Under the pieces are notes generated by a model. The model made no database searches. It had not been told where the DNA came from and saw only the letters and a list, made by a program, of their open reading frames with translations. Source: Candidatus Omnitrophota bacterium (GTDB lineage Bacteria > Omnitrophota > Gorgyraeia > Pluralincolimonadales > Pluralincolimonadaceae). From it: a stretch of DNA of 64,000 nt. This document shows positions 31,328 to 39,539 of the stretch, one piece after another. A program made the translations under genes and the position numbers. The stretch spans positions 25,409 through 89,408 of the forward strand of contig JBAZJG010000006.1 in assembly GCA_041651455.1 (NCBI GenBank). Direction: 5' to 3'. The first letter of the stretch is position 1, and every line of letters begins with the position of its first letter.

Positions 31328-32170
31328 TCAATACTTCCTCATCTTCCTGACGGCCGCTAGGTTCGCCTTGTCGGACTTCTCGGTCTCCTTCGGCGTCTCG
31401 AGTATGAACGCGCAATCCCTGAACTCCGGGCGGTTTACGATGCGCTTCATGCCTTCGGCGCCGATCTTGCCCTTGCCGATGTGCCAATGCCTGTCGTTAT
31501 GGGAACCGATCTCGCTCATCGAATCGTTGAAATGTATGACCTTTATCCTATCAAGCCCTACGGTAGAATCAATATATTTAAGCAGTTTTTCAAGCCCGGG
31601 TTTCGATCTCAGATCGAAACCCGCCTCGAACGTATGCGCGGTGTCGAGGCAAACGCCGACCTTGCCTTTGGGTTTCGCGTTATTTATTATCTCCTCGATA
31701 TCCTCGAACCTCGAGCCGATGGAATCCCCCCCGCCGGCGGTGTTCTCGAGCAGTATCATCAGCTTCGGCTTCGCCTTCTCTATTGCCTCGTTTAGGCCCT
31801 TCGAGAACCGGGCTATGCCGTAATCACGGCCCTTTTCCTTAGGACTGCCCAGGTGCGTCACGAAATAATCCGCCCCTATCATGTCGGCGCGCTTTATGTC
31901 CTCTATGTATGCGTCGACCGACTTGCGCCACAGGTGATCATCGGGCGAGCACATGTTTATCAGGTACGGGATATGGACGACTACCGGCGAGATGCCCTTT
32001 GCCTTTCGGCGCCTCTTAAATTCTTCGGCGTCTGCCGGGTCGAGCTCGAGCGCTTCCCACCCGCGCGGGTTGCGGCTGAAGATCTGGAACGTATTGCAGC
32101 CGAGCGCCGCGGCCCTGTCGACCGCCTCATAGATATGCCCGGCTATGGATACATGAACGCCGAGTTTCAT
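31328..32170 (-). CDS. nfo: Endonuclease IV (AP endonuclease, xylose-isomerase-like TIM barrel)
   Basis: 280 aa. Metal-binding motifs (HxPYLINMCS, VTHLGS, LENTAGGG, HFNDS). Good colinearity with Nfo. Confidence 0.85.
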   Translation of the reverse strand: MKLGVHVSIAGHIYEAVDRAAALGCNTFQIFSRNPRGWEALELDPADAEEFKRRRKAKGISPVVVHIPYLINMCSPDDHLWRKSVDAYIEDIKRADMIGADYFVTHLGSPKEKGRDYGIARFSKGLNEAIEKAKPKLMILLENTAGGGDSIGSRFEDIEEIINNAKPKGKVGVCLDTAHTFEAGFDLRSKPGLEKLLKYIDSTVGLDRIKVIHFNDSMSEIGSHNDRHWHIGKGKIGAEGMKRIVNRPEFRDCAFILETPKETEKSDKANLAAVRKMRKY

Positions 32171-32188
32171 AGGCCTCCCGGAAAGAAA

Positions 32189-32264
32189 TGGTGGAGCTGA
32201 GGGGGATCGAACCCCTTACCTCCTGCATGCCATGCAGGCGCTCTCCCAGGTGAGCTACAGCCCC
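32189..32264 (-). tRNA. tRNA-Ala (anticodon GGC)
   Basis: 76 nt. Minus strand reads GGGGCTGTAGCTCACCTGGGAGAGCGCCTGCATGGCATGCAGGAGGTAAGGGGTTCGATCCCCCTCAGCTCCACCA. Full cloverleaf with G3:U70 identity pair, T-loop TTCGATC and encoded CCA. Lies 19 nt upstream of nfo on the same strand. Confidence 0.85.
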
Positions 32265-32304
32265 ACAATTTTGGCGATATTTTTCCTTAGCCAAAATTGT
32301 GGGG
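32261..32304 (-). repeat. Perfect 15-bp inverted repeat (hairpin) overlapping the first 4 nt of tRNA-Ala
   Basis: 32261-32275 ccccacaattttggc and 32290-32304 gccaaaattgtgggg are exact reverse complements, separated by a 14-nt loop. Sits in the leader of the tRNA-Ala/nfo/leuS transcript. Confidence 0.7.
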
Positions 32305-32371
32305 CGTCGGCCCATTGCTTTTTCTATCATAAGGGGCCAGCCCCTGCTTAGTTGGCTAAGTAAGGATTAAA

Positions 32372-32400
32372 ATAATACCACTTCTTTGCCCCGCCGTCAA
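32372..32400 (-). promoter_or_regulatory. Candidate sigma70 promoter for the tRNA-Ala/nfo/leuS transcription unit
   Basis: Minus strand reads TTGACG (32400-32395), 17-nt spacer, TATTAT (32377-32372). Confidence 0.45.
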
Positions 32401-32414
32401 CCGTCCAGTTGTCA

Positions 32415-32443
32415 TTGACAATGCCCCCTCCGGATGGTATATT
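32415..32443 (+). promoter_or_regulatory. Candidate sigma70 promoter for the nfeD/SPFH/tRNA-Leu unit
   Basis: TTGACA (32415-32420), 17 nt, TATATT (32438-32443). About 44 nt later comes GAAGGAGG, then ATG at 32487. Confidence 0.5.
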
Positions 32444-32486
32444 TTACCAGAGTCGTCTCTGGAGAGTAAAAACGAAGGAGGTTCTC

Positions 32487-33098
32487 ATGCTTGAAGGATT
32501 ATTGGCCGGGTTAAAGGACCCGAATATCGTCTACCTGCTTCTCGTGATCGGCTTTTACGGGATACTGTTCGAGATCGCGACACCCGGCGTGTCCGTTGGC
32601 GGGGTCATAGGCGTTGCGGGGCTTGTCCTTGCCTTCGTAGGCATGAACTCGCTGCCGGTCAACTATACGGGCCTGATCCTGATGCTGTTGAGCTTCGTCT
32701 TCTTCGTCCTGGACGTGAAGACGCCGACGCACGGGATACTGACCGTATGCGGCATACTCGCGCTGACCATCGGCTCGCTTATACTGTTCAAGGCGGACCC
32801 GCAGTTCACGAGCTTATCAAAGGCGCTGATAGCGGCGATAGTCATCAGCACGACAGCCCTGATGGTATTTGTCCTGCCGCTTATAATCAAGGCCCAGAAA
32901 CGCAGGGCATCGTCCGGGATCGAAAGCCTGGCCGACGCGACTGGGGAGGCAAAAACCGACCTCTCGCCGAAGGGCGTCGTCCACGTAAAGGGCGAGGAAT
33001 GGTACGCCGAATCGCTCGAGGGAACGATCAAGGCGGGGGAAAAAATAAAGATAAGATCGGTTGACGGACTGGTAGTTAAAGTAGAGAAAGTGAGGTAA
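32487..33098 (+). CDS. NfeD-family membrane protein (short form, C-terminal OB-fold)
   Basis: Multi-TM N-terminus and C-terminal OB beta-barrel (GVVHVKGEEWYAESLEGTIKAGEKIKIRSVDGLVVKVEKV). Start at ATG 32487 after GAAGGAGG. Classic pairing with the downstream SPFH gene. Confidence 0.7.
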   Translation: MLEGLLAGLKDPNIVYLLLVIGFYGILFEIATPGVSVGGVIGVAGLVLAFVGMNSLPVNYTGLILMLLSFVFFVLDVKTPTHGILTVCGILALTIGSLILFKADPQFTSLSKALIAAIVISTTALMVFVLPLIIKAQKRRASSGIESLADATGEAKTDLSPKGVVHVKGEEWYAESLEGTIKAGEKIKIRSVDGLVVKVEKVR

Positions 33099-33101
33099 GA
33101 T

Positions 33102-33965
33102 ATGGCTATTACGGGTTTTGTGCTTTTCTTTATCCTTATAGTAGGCCTGATAATCCTGTCGAACTCGATAAAGATCGTCAGGGAATACAAGCGCCTCGTC
33201 GTTTTCCGCCTCGGCCGTTCAATAGGGCAGCGCGGACCCGGCATCGTCTTCCTGATACCGATAATAGACCAGGCGATAAGCGTCGACCTGCGCGAGCTCT
33301 TCCTCGAGATACCGCAGCAGACCTGCATCACGAAGGATAACGCGCCGATATCGATCGACTTCCTTATATACTGGAAGGTCATAGACCCCGACCTCAGCGT
33401 CATAAAGGTCGGTAATTTTGCCGCGGCGTCGCAGGGTATCGCGACAACGACATTAAGGGCCGTCGTAGGCGATATCGCGCTCGACGAAGTCCTTTCGAAA
33501 CGCGAACAGATAAACCAGATACTGCGCCAGAAACTCGATGAAGTGACCGAGCGCTGGGGCGTGAAGGTAACTACGGTCGAGATCCGAGAGATCATGCCGC
33601 CCAAGGACGTATCCGACGCTATGATCAAGCAGATGTCCGCCGAGAGGACCCGCCGCGCCGTGATAATCGAGGCGGAAGGCACGAAGGCCGCTGCGATAAC
33701 CGTGGCCGAAGGCCAGAAACAGTCGGAGATACTCAAGGCCGAGGGCGACAGGCAGGCGGCTATACTAAGGGCGGAAGGTTTCGCGCTCGCCTTGGACAAG
33801 ATATTCTCGGTCGCGAAAGGCGTCGACTCGAAGACATTATCCCTTCAGTACCTCGAAACATTGAAGGCGCTGGGCCAGAGCCCCGCTACGAAGTATATCT
33901 TCCCGATGGAGTTCATGAACCTTCTTGAGCCGTTCGTGAAGAATACTAAAGAGGCGATGAAATAA
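33102..33965 (+). CDS. SPFH/band-7 (stomatin/prohibitin-like) membrane protein
   Basis: 287 aa. N-terminal TM and SPFH core (IKIVREYKRLVVFRLGR..., coiled-coil EAEGTKAAAITVAEGQKQSEILKAEGDRQAAILRAEG). Confidence 0.85.
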   Translation: MAITGFVLFFILIVGLIILSNSIKIVREYKRLVVFRLGRSIGQRGPGIVFLIPIIDQAISVDLRELFLEIPQQTCITKDNAPISIDFLIYWKVIDPDLSVIKVGNFAAASQGIATTTLRAVVGDIALDEVLSKREQINQILRQKLDEVTERWGVKVTTVEIREIMPPKDVSDAMIKQMSAERTRRAVIIEAEGTKAAAITVAEGQKQSEILKAEGDRQAAILRAEGFALALDKIFSVAKGVDSKTLSLQYLETLKALGQSPATKYIFPMEFMNLLEPFVKNTKEAMK

Positions 33966-33971
33966 GCTATT

Positions 33972-34058
33972 GCCGGGGTGTTGGAACTGGCATACAAGTC
34001 AGTCTCAAAAACTGATGTCCGTAAGGGCATGAGGGTTCAACTCCCTCCCCCGGCACCA
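33972..34058 (+). tRNA. tRNA-Leu (anticodon CAA), class II with long variable arm
   Basis: 87 nt: GCCGGGGTGTTGGAACTGGCATACAAGTCAGTCTCAAAAACTGATGTCCGTAAGGGCATGAGGGTTCAACTCCCTCCCCCGGCACCA. 7-bp acceptor, 3-bp D-stem (class II), anticodon loop CTCAAAA, T-loop TTCAACT, encoded CCA. Lies 7 nt after the SPFH stop. Confidence 0.8.
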
Positions 34059-36316
34059 TTTAACCCGCCTGATATTTTATTAGGCGGGTTTTGGCCTTTA
34101 TCATCCGTGCCGCCGCTGTCCTTCCTGATCTTCTCCTCCATCTTCGCAATCTTCTCTTTTAATTCGACCATCCTTAATTCCCTGTTGATCGCGACCTTAT
34201 TCATTATCTCGAACTCGGCGACCTTCCTCTTCAGTTCATCCTCCATCTTCATGCGTTCGGTTATATCGTGGACGATGAATTGCAGCAGCCTCTTTTTCCC
34301 GAACAGTATAGAGCTGCTGAAGATCTCCACATCGCGGACCTGCCCGCCTGCGATCTGGTGGCGGGCTTTTATATATTTCATGGCCCCGGAGTCGACGAAA
34401 GGCTTCACCTTCAGGGCCTCCTTTCCCGGGACGGGATCCAGCTGCATCGCGTGCATATCGCACAGTTTTTCGCGTGGATAACCGTAAAATTCCGCCGCGG
34501 AGTGGTTGGCGTCTATTATGCGGTCGTCCTCGGGATCTATAAGCAGCATTACGGAAGAATTATCCGTGAATTGTTTCCTGTAGGATTCTTCGCTTGCCCT
34601 GAGTTCTTCCGTGCGCTGCAACACCTGCTCTTCCAGCGCGGCACGGCGGCCCGACAAAAAGATTATGAACAACACCGACAACGCGGTAAACGCAATACCG
34701 GTTGCGCTTGTCAGCCACCCTGCCCATTCCGGATAAAGCATCCTGAATCCGGCTCCCTCACGGGCCAGCACGGCATACGTCTTGCCGAAAGCAAAAACAG
34801 GCATTACGATCGCTGCCTTGGGATCGGGGTTCGCGTGTCCATGGGACATGGACGCAAGAAGCATATCCGGCGAACCCTCCTTCATCTCGTACAGGTCGAT
34901 GAGCACAGAAGAATGTTCCGCAAACGGTTCATCGGATATATATTTTTTAAGCAGCGTTTCGATGACCACGGAAGCCGAGGAAAATCCGCGAAGGTTCTTG
35001 CTACCGTTACCATCGTAGACCGGACGAAACACGACAATCCCCCTCTTGCCGTCCTTTGTATTTACCAGGGTAACGGCGTCCGTGCCCGTTACCAGCCCTG
35101 TCCGTGCCGCGCTCTCGAACGCTTTCCTGCGGAACGGATCTGAGCCGACATCAAACCCCAAAGCGCGATCGTTCCCGGAAAGGGGTTCTACATAACATAT
35201 CGGGTAATATTCGCTCTTGTTCTCAGCAGGAACGGGCTCGCCTGCGGCATCATGCTGCCACAATGCAAAACCTGCCTGCCCTCCGGACCTGATCTGCCGG
35301 ACAAAAACCTCCCGGTCCTTCTCGGGCACCCTGGGTATCCATGCCCATGCCTGCACGACATAATTCCTTCTCAGGAAACCGGCATATTCGTTAAATTCTT
35401 TAAGGTCAAGCACCGGACGGCTCTCTATGAATCGGGAGAAACCCTCAAGATAATCATCGCGAATGTCTGTTATTGCCTGCGTAAAACCGAAGGCTTTTGA
35501 TGCCGCCAACTGGCTGAACGCATCCTTGTGATCATATGTTTCATTGATGTGCGCTACATATGCCGCGGTCAATGTAATGGCCAGGCCGAACGCAGCGGCA
35601 ATGATCGCATCCGCATTACGCAGTATGCTTCCGCGTCCTTCCGGAGCGGTCCGGGAACGCTTAAAGACCAAGATGGAAGAGCCCGCCAGCACCAGTAATA
35701 ATAGTAGGGTAATAATGACCGGGAATATCGAAGCGCGCGCGATATCCGCTTTCCAGCCCTTCGCCTCGAAATCTATGCCTATAATGATCGCGGTCTTTCC
35801 CGTTTGCGGGTCAAGGACAGGCGCGAACGCGCTGATAAACGTGCCGAACTCGTCCGTGTATGGCCCCAAAACCAGCGGTGAACCGGAAGCAAAAACACGC
35901 AGCAGTTCGGACGGAGGCCTTTCGTAGGTTTCTCCCGGCACAGAAGACCGCGGGTCTTTCACGTCGATATTTTCAGGGCCGAAAAAGATCTTTCCTTCCC
36001 GCATCATCATGCTGTATATTCCGAGGAAACGGTCTTCCGTTCCGAATGAGGATTTAACCGCGGGGCTGTAAGCGATCATCTGGGAACGCAATCTCTGGAA
36101 AACGTGGCTATCTTTATCAGCGAGGGAAAATGTCAGGGCGTTCGCCTGTTCAATGCTGACCTGCCGGCCTATCGCCACTGCCTGCAACATCAACCGGTTA
36201 CGCATATACCTATCGGTATGTGCCGCCGTCCATTGCGTGAGGGCGGTTCCTGCAATGATAATGACAGCCGAACAGGCTGCGATAAATAACCAGGCAGGCT
36301 TCTTCTTCATGGACAA
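34037..36316 (-). CDS. 4-TM sensor protein with two periplasmic domains (second is CHASE-like) and a cytoplasmic PAS plus coiled-coil, no kinase or other output domain
   Basis: 759 aa. TM at about aa 9-29, 207-228, 247-266 and 523-545. CHASE-like hallmark YYPICYVEP. PAS (SVMLLIDPEDDRIIDANHSAAEFYGYPREKL ... LLQFIVHDITERMK). No H-box, ATPase, GGDEF or other effector domain. Last ~22 codons lie antisense to tRNA-Leu and its terminator. Confidence 0.65.
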   Translation of the reverse strand: MSMKKKPAWLFIAACSAVIIIAGTALTQWTAAHTDRYMRNRLMLQAVAIGRQVSIEQANALTFSLADKDSHVFQRLRSQMIAYSPAVKSSFGTEDRFLGIYSMMMREGKIFFGPENIDVKDPRSSVPGETYERPPSELLRVFASGSPLVLGPYTDEFGTFISAFAPVLDPQTGKTAIIIGIDFEAKGWKADIARASIFPVIITLLLLLVLAGSSILVFKRSRTAPEGRGSILRNADAIIAAAFGLAITLTAAYVAHINETYDHKDAFSQLAASKAFGFTQAITDIRDDYLEGFSRFIESRPVLDLKEFNEYAGFLRRNYVVQAWAWIPRVPEKDREVFVRQIRSGGQAGFALWQHDAAGEPVPAENKSEYYPICYVEPLSGNDRALGFDVGSDPFRRKAFESAARTGLVTGTDAVTLVNTKDGKRGIVVFRPVYDGNGSKNLRGFSSASVVIETLLKKYISDEPFAEHSSVLIDLYEMKEGSPDMLLASMSHGHANPDPKAAIVMPVFAFGKTYAVLAREGAGFRMLYPEWAGWLTSATGIAFTALSVLFIIFLSGRRAALEEQVLQRTEELRASEESYRKQFTDNSSVMLLIDPEDDRIIDANHSAAEFYGYPREKLCDMHAMQLDPVPGKEALKVKPFVDSGAMKYIKARHQIAGGQVRDVEIFSSSILFGKKRLLQFIVHDITERMKMEDELKRKVAEFEIMNKVAINRELRMVELKEKIAKMEEKIRKDSGGTDDKGQNPPNKISGGLNGAGGGS
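34063..34094 (+). terminator. Rho-independent terminator after tRNA-Leu
   Basis: acccgcct-(gatattttatt)-aggcgggt followed by TTTTGG. The stem and loop are also translated as the C-terminal tail of the minus-strand sensor CDS. Confidence 0.6.
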
Positions 36317-36320
36317 CCTC

Positions 36321-38312
36321 CTAAACCCTTATAGGAAGTATGACTACCGGTATCCCCTCGTGGTAGAACTTGCGCTGCATTGAAAAGACGGTGTAGTTAT
36401 GGAGCAGCCTGGTTAGGAACGTCTCTTTCGGGAAGACGATCTGGCCGCCAAAGAAAACGGCCTGGGGGTACTTCTCTGTCAGCTTAAGCGCGAGGACCGA
36501 GGCCTCCTGCACCACGTCGGTGCCAAGGGCGAATATTCCTTCGGCATGATAACCGTGTTCCCCGACGAATTTCACATACCTGTCTATCTCGCTTTTCGCA
36601 TGGGCTTCCAGCTTATCAAGCTCTTCCGCCCCTTTAAAATTGCCGGCGTCTATTACGCCTATCTGCAGGAAAACAAAATTCTTGAATGAATCCCCGAACA
36701 ACCTGAATATATTGAACAGGGTGTGTAATCCCGTCCCGTTGAAACCGTTGACGAGCAGGACCGCCGTCTTCGCCTCAGGGTCGAACTCGCCCTTCTCCTT
36801 CTTTGTTATGCCCGGGATATTCTCCGCACTTGAAAAACCGGCCGCCATGACAAGGCTGTCAAGGCGCTTCAGCAGTTTCGCGGTGTTATCGTAATGCCTC
36901 TTTATCCCGATGACAAAGAGGACCAGCGTGCCGGTGACGAAAAGCGTTATCCACCCGCCTTCGTTGAATTTTATTATAGTTACCGACAACAATATGAATA
37001 CCGTCAGCGCCAGGCCGATACCGTTGACCGCAAGCTTCCTGCGCCAGTGGTCCAGCCTTTTGCGGTTGCTCCACCAGTACCGCACCATGCCCATCTGCGA
37101 GAGAAGGAACGTTATGAAAACGTTAATACTATAAAGGACGACGAGCAGCGCCACAGAACCGTGTGTCGCGAGCATCATTATCAGGGCGGCGACTCCCATT
37201 ATCATCACGCCGTTCTGCGTGACAAAACGGTCGCTCAACGTAGCGAACCTCGACGGGACCCACCTGTCGAGCGCCATGTTCGCGAGTATCCTCGGGCCGC
37301 CGACAAAACCCGTCTGCGCGGCGACGAACAACAACAGCGCTTCGGAGACCAGCGTTATCAGGATGAACGGCACTCCCCAGGCCTTGCTCCACGGGGCGGT
37401 CATGCTCTCCAGCAATACGGCATTTATCGTCTTGCCTTCCTGAAACTGTACCCTGTAGAGGATGTACGCCAGCATTAGGCCAAGGACCGTTACGGCAAGT
37501 GATATCGCCATATAATTCATCGTGCGCTTGGCCGTCTGGACCCTCGGCTCGCGCAGCATAGGCAGCGAATTGCTCACGGCCTCGATACCGGTATAGGTAC
37601 CGGCACCCATGCTGTATGCCCTCATCACGAGCAGCACCATGCCCATCATCCCCAATTCCGCCGACGTCGTATAAAGGTCCGCCTTCGTCGCCGACACGAC
37701 CTCCGGGAAATTCATCATATGGGTCACGAGCGCATAGAGGATAAGGAACGCGTGGGTTACCACGAAGGTCAGGAATATGGGCATGAGGACCGAGACCGAC
37801 TCCTTTATGCCCCTGAGGTTCAGGACTATAAGGAAAAACACCACCGCGGAAGCGAAGACTAGCTTATACGGAAGATAGCCGGCCGGAAGGAAGCTGAACA
37901 GCGCGTCCGCGCCGCTCGCGACGGAAACGGTGATAGTAAGGACATAATCTATAAGGAGCGCGCATCCCGATACCATACCGGTTCGCGGCGAAAGGAGCTT
38001 GCTTGCTACAAGGTATCCGCCGCCGCCCGACGGGAATACCTCTATAAGCTGCGAATAGCTCGCGCTTATCACGAAGATCGTTATAGCGGTCGCCAGCGCG
38101 ACGAAGATCCCGAGGTACATATGGCCCTGCAAGGCGACAAAGGCCTCCTGCGGGCCGTAGCATGAGGAAGAAAGCCCGTCCGCGCCGATCCCTATCCACG
38201 CGAAAAAAGCTATAAGCGATATCTTGTGGAAGAGCTGGGTATCATGCGGGTCGTGCGCGCCGCCGATCACTATATCCTTCAGCCTCTTTCCAATGCTTGA
38301 TTTAGGTGCCAT
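36321..38312 (-). CDS. APC-superfamily transporter resembling the KimA (YdaO) K+/H+ symporter, with C-terminal cytoplasmic domain
   Basis: 663 aa. Long matches to B. subtilis KimA: FPSGGGGYLVASKLL vs YPQGGGAYIVSKENL, LLIDYVLTITVSVASGADAL vs LLVDYILTVAVSISAGTDAI, LNLRGIKESVSVL vs LNLRGLSESASIL, TGIEAVSNSLPMLREPRVQTAKRT vs TGVEAISNAIPAFKNPPARNAART. Confidence 0.55.
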   Translation of the reverse strand: MAPKSSIGKRLKDIVIGGAHDPHDTQLFHKISLIAFFAWIGIGADGLSSSCYGPQEAFVALQGHMYLGIFVALATAITIFVISASYSQLIEVFPSGGGGYLVASKLLSPRTGMVSGCALLIDYVLTITVSVASGADALFSFLPAGYLPYKLVFASAVVFFLIVLNLRGIKESVSVLMPIFLTFVVTHAFLILYALVTHMMNFPEVVSATKADLYTTSAELGMMGMVLLVMRAYSMGAGTYTGIEAVSNSLPMLREPRVQTAKRTMNYMAISLAVTVLGLMLAYILYRVQFQEGKTINAVLLESMTAPWSKAWGVPFILITLVSEALLLFVAAQTGFVGGPRILANMALDRWVPSRFATLSDRFVTQNGVMIMGVAALIMMLATHGSVALLVVLYSINVFITFLLSQMGMVRYWWSNRKRLDHWRRKLAVNGIGLALTVFILLSVTIIKFNEGGWITLFVTGTLVLFVIGIKRHYDNTAKLLKRLDSLVMAAGFSSAENIPGITKKEKGEFDPEAKTAVLLVNGFNGTGLHTLFNIFRLFGDSFKNFVFLQIGVIDAGNFKGAEELDKLEAHAKSEIDRYVKFVGEHGYHAEGIFALGTDVVQEASVLALKLTEKYPQAVFFGGQIVFPKETFLTRLLHNYTVFSMQRKFYHEGIPVVILPIRV

Positions 38313-38315
38313 GCA

Positions 38316-39539
38316 TTAGCTCCTCACTGACCTGATATCATACCACATATAGGCAAATATAGGAACGGCAAGGAGCTCTATGCCTATAGTTATCCCGATC
38401 AAAAGCGGGAGGGAGATATCATACAGTATGCCCATGAGCGAGGCGCCGATGAACATCGCCACCCCGTAGACCGTATTAAAGATGCCGTATCCGGTCCCCC
38501 TCTTTTTTATCGGGGTGAGGTCCGCGATCGCCGACTTCATTATCGTCTCGTGTATGCCCATCACGACGCCCCATAGCAGGATGCTTACCGCGACGAGGGC
38601 TATATTAGCCGAGAACGCGAACAGCGGTATCACTGCCGAAAGGACCGGGATAGTGATCAGTGTCAGCAGGCCCGCCCTCTCGTTCCCGCTCCTGTGCTTC
38701 ATGACATCATAGGCCTTGCCTATGGCAAGGGCGGCTATGCCGTCGACCGCCATCGCTATCGAGTAGAAGAGCGGTATCTGCGCGTCGCTGAGTATTCCTT
38801 TAGCCTTAAAATGGTACCCGAGCAGCGCGAAATTCACGAAACCTACCGTGGCGACCAGCGTGAACGCCGTATATATCCAGAATACCTTCGATAATTTATC
38901 CGGCTCGGGCGGCCTGTTGAGCGCGACTTCCAGCTTCTCGGGGTCCGGCACGCGCAGGTATGCGAAAAATACGCATGCCATTACCAGAAGGAACGGGATC
39001 CAGAAGAGCCTGTAGCCCGCCTGGTATTTCTCGATATCGGTCTGGGTATTCCCGACCATCATGAAAAGCGCCATGAATATCAACGGGCCGGTCAACGCGC
39101 CGAGCTGGTCCATGAATTCCGAAAGGCCGAAACCGAAACCCGTCCCTACCTGTTTTGACGCCTGGGATACGATCGTATCGCGCGCGGGAGCCCTGAGGGC
39201 CTTACCGAAACGCTCGAGGACGATAAAGAGCGCGGCGACCTGCCAAACCCCGGTCAGCGACAGCATGGGGACGGTAGCGAGCATTCCGTACCCTATGAAC
39301 GTGAAGAGCCAGTATGCCCTTGTCTTGTCGGCAAAATATCCCGACAGCAGGCGAATAGCATAACCGATGAATTCCCCGAGTCCTGCGATGAAACCGACCG
39401 TCGCTGCGCTGACGCCGAGCGTCTTCAGGTACGGGCCGTTCACGCTGCGGGCGCCTTCGTAAACCACGTCTCCGAAAAGGCTCACGAGCCCGAAAAGGAT
39501 GATAAGGTTCATTGCGGCTTTTTTATTGCTATCCGTCAT
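38316..39539 (-). CDS. Major facilitator superfamily transporter
   Basis: 407 aa. 12 predicted TM helices with MFS-type loop motifs. Confidence 0.7.
   Translation of the reverse strand: MTDSNKKAAMNLIILFGLVSLFGDVVYEGARSVNGPYLKTLGVSAATVGFIAGLGEFIGYAIRLLSGYFADKTRAYWLFTFIGYGMLATVPMLSLTGVWQVAALFIVLERFGKALRAPARDTIVSQASKQVGTGFGFGLSEFMDQLGALTGPLIFMALFMMVGNTQTDIEKYQAGYRLFWIPFLLVMACVFFAYLRVPDPEKLEVALNRPPEPDKLSKVFWIYTAFTLVATVGFVNFALLGYHFKAKGILSDAQIPLFYSIAMAVDGIAALAIGKAYDVMKHRSGNERAGLLTLITIPVLSAVIPLFAFSANIALVAVSILLWGVVMGIHETIMKSAIADLTPIKKRGTGYGIFNTVYGVAMFIGASLMGILYDISLPLLIGITIGIELLAVPIFAYMWYDIRSVRS

Noticed and set aside
31322-31487. 55-codon N-terminal extension of the leuS ORF (MAHRQGQDRRRRHEAHRK...)
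   Set aside because: Arg-rich, overlaps the nfo coding 3' end, and begins at a non-ATG codon in the track. The conserved LeuS N-terminus starts at TTG 31321 with a good SD.
32127-32330. 67-aa minus-strand ORF
   Set aside because: Covers tRNA-Ala and its leader hairpin. The sequence is explained by the tRNA.
32663-33799. 378-aa minus-strand ORF overlapping nfeD and the SPFH gene
   Set aside because: Ser/Thr-rich low-complexity translation antisense to two well-supported plus-strand genes. Frame artefact.
33978-34481. 167-aa plus-strand ORF starting inside tRNA-Leu
   Set aside because: Its 5' end is the tRNA-Leu(CAA) body and terminator, and the rest is antisense to the sensor gene. Not coding.
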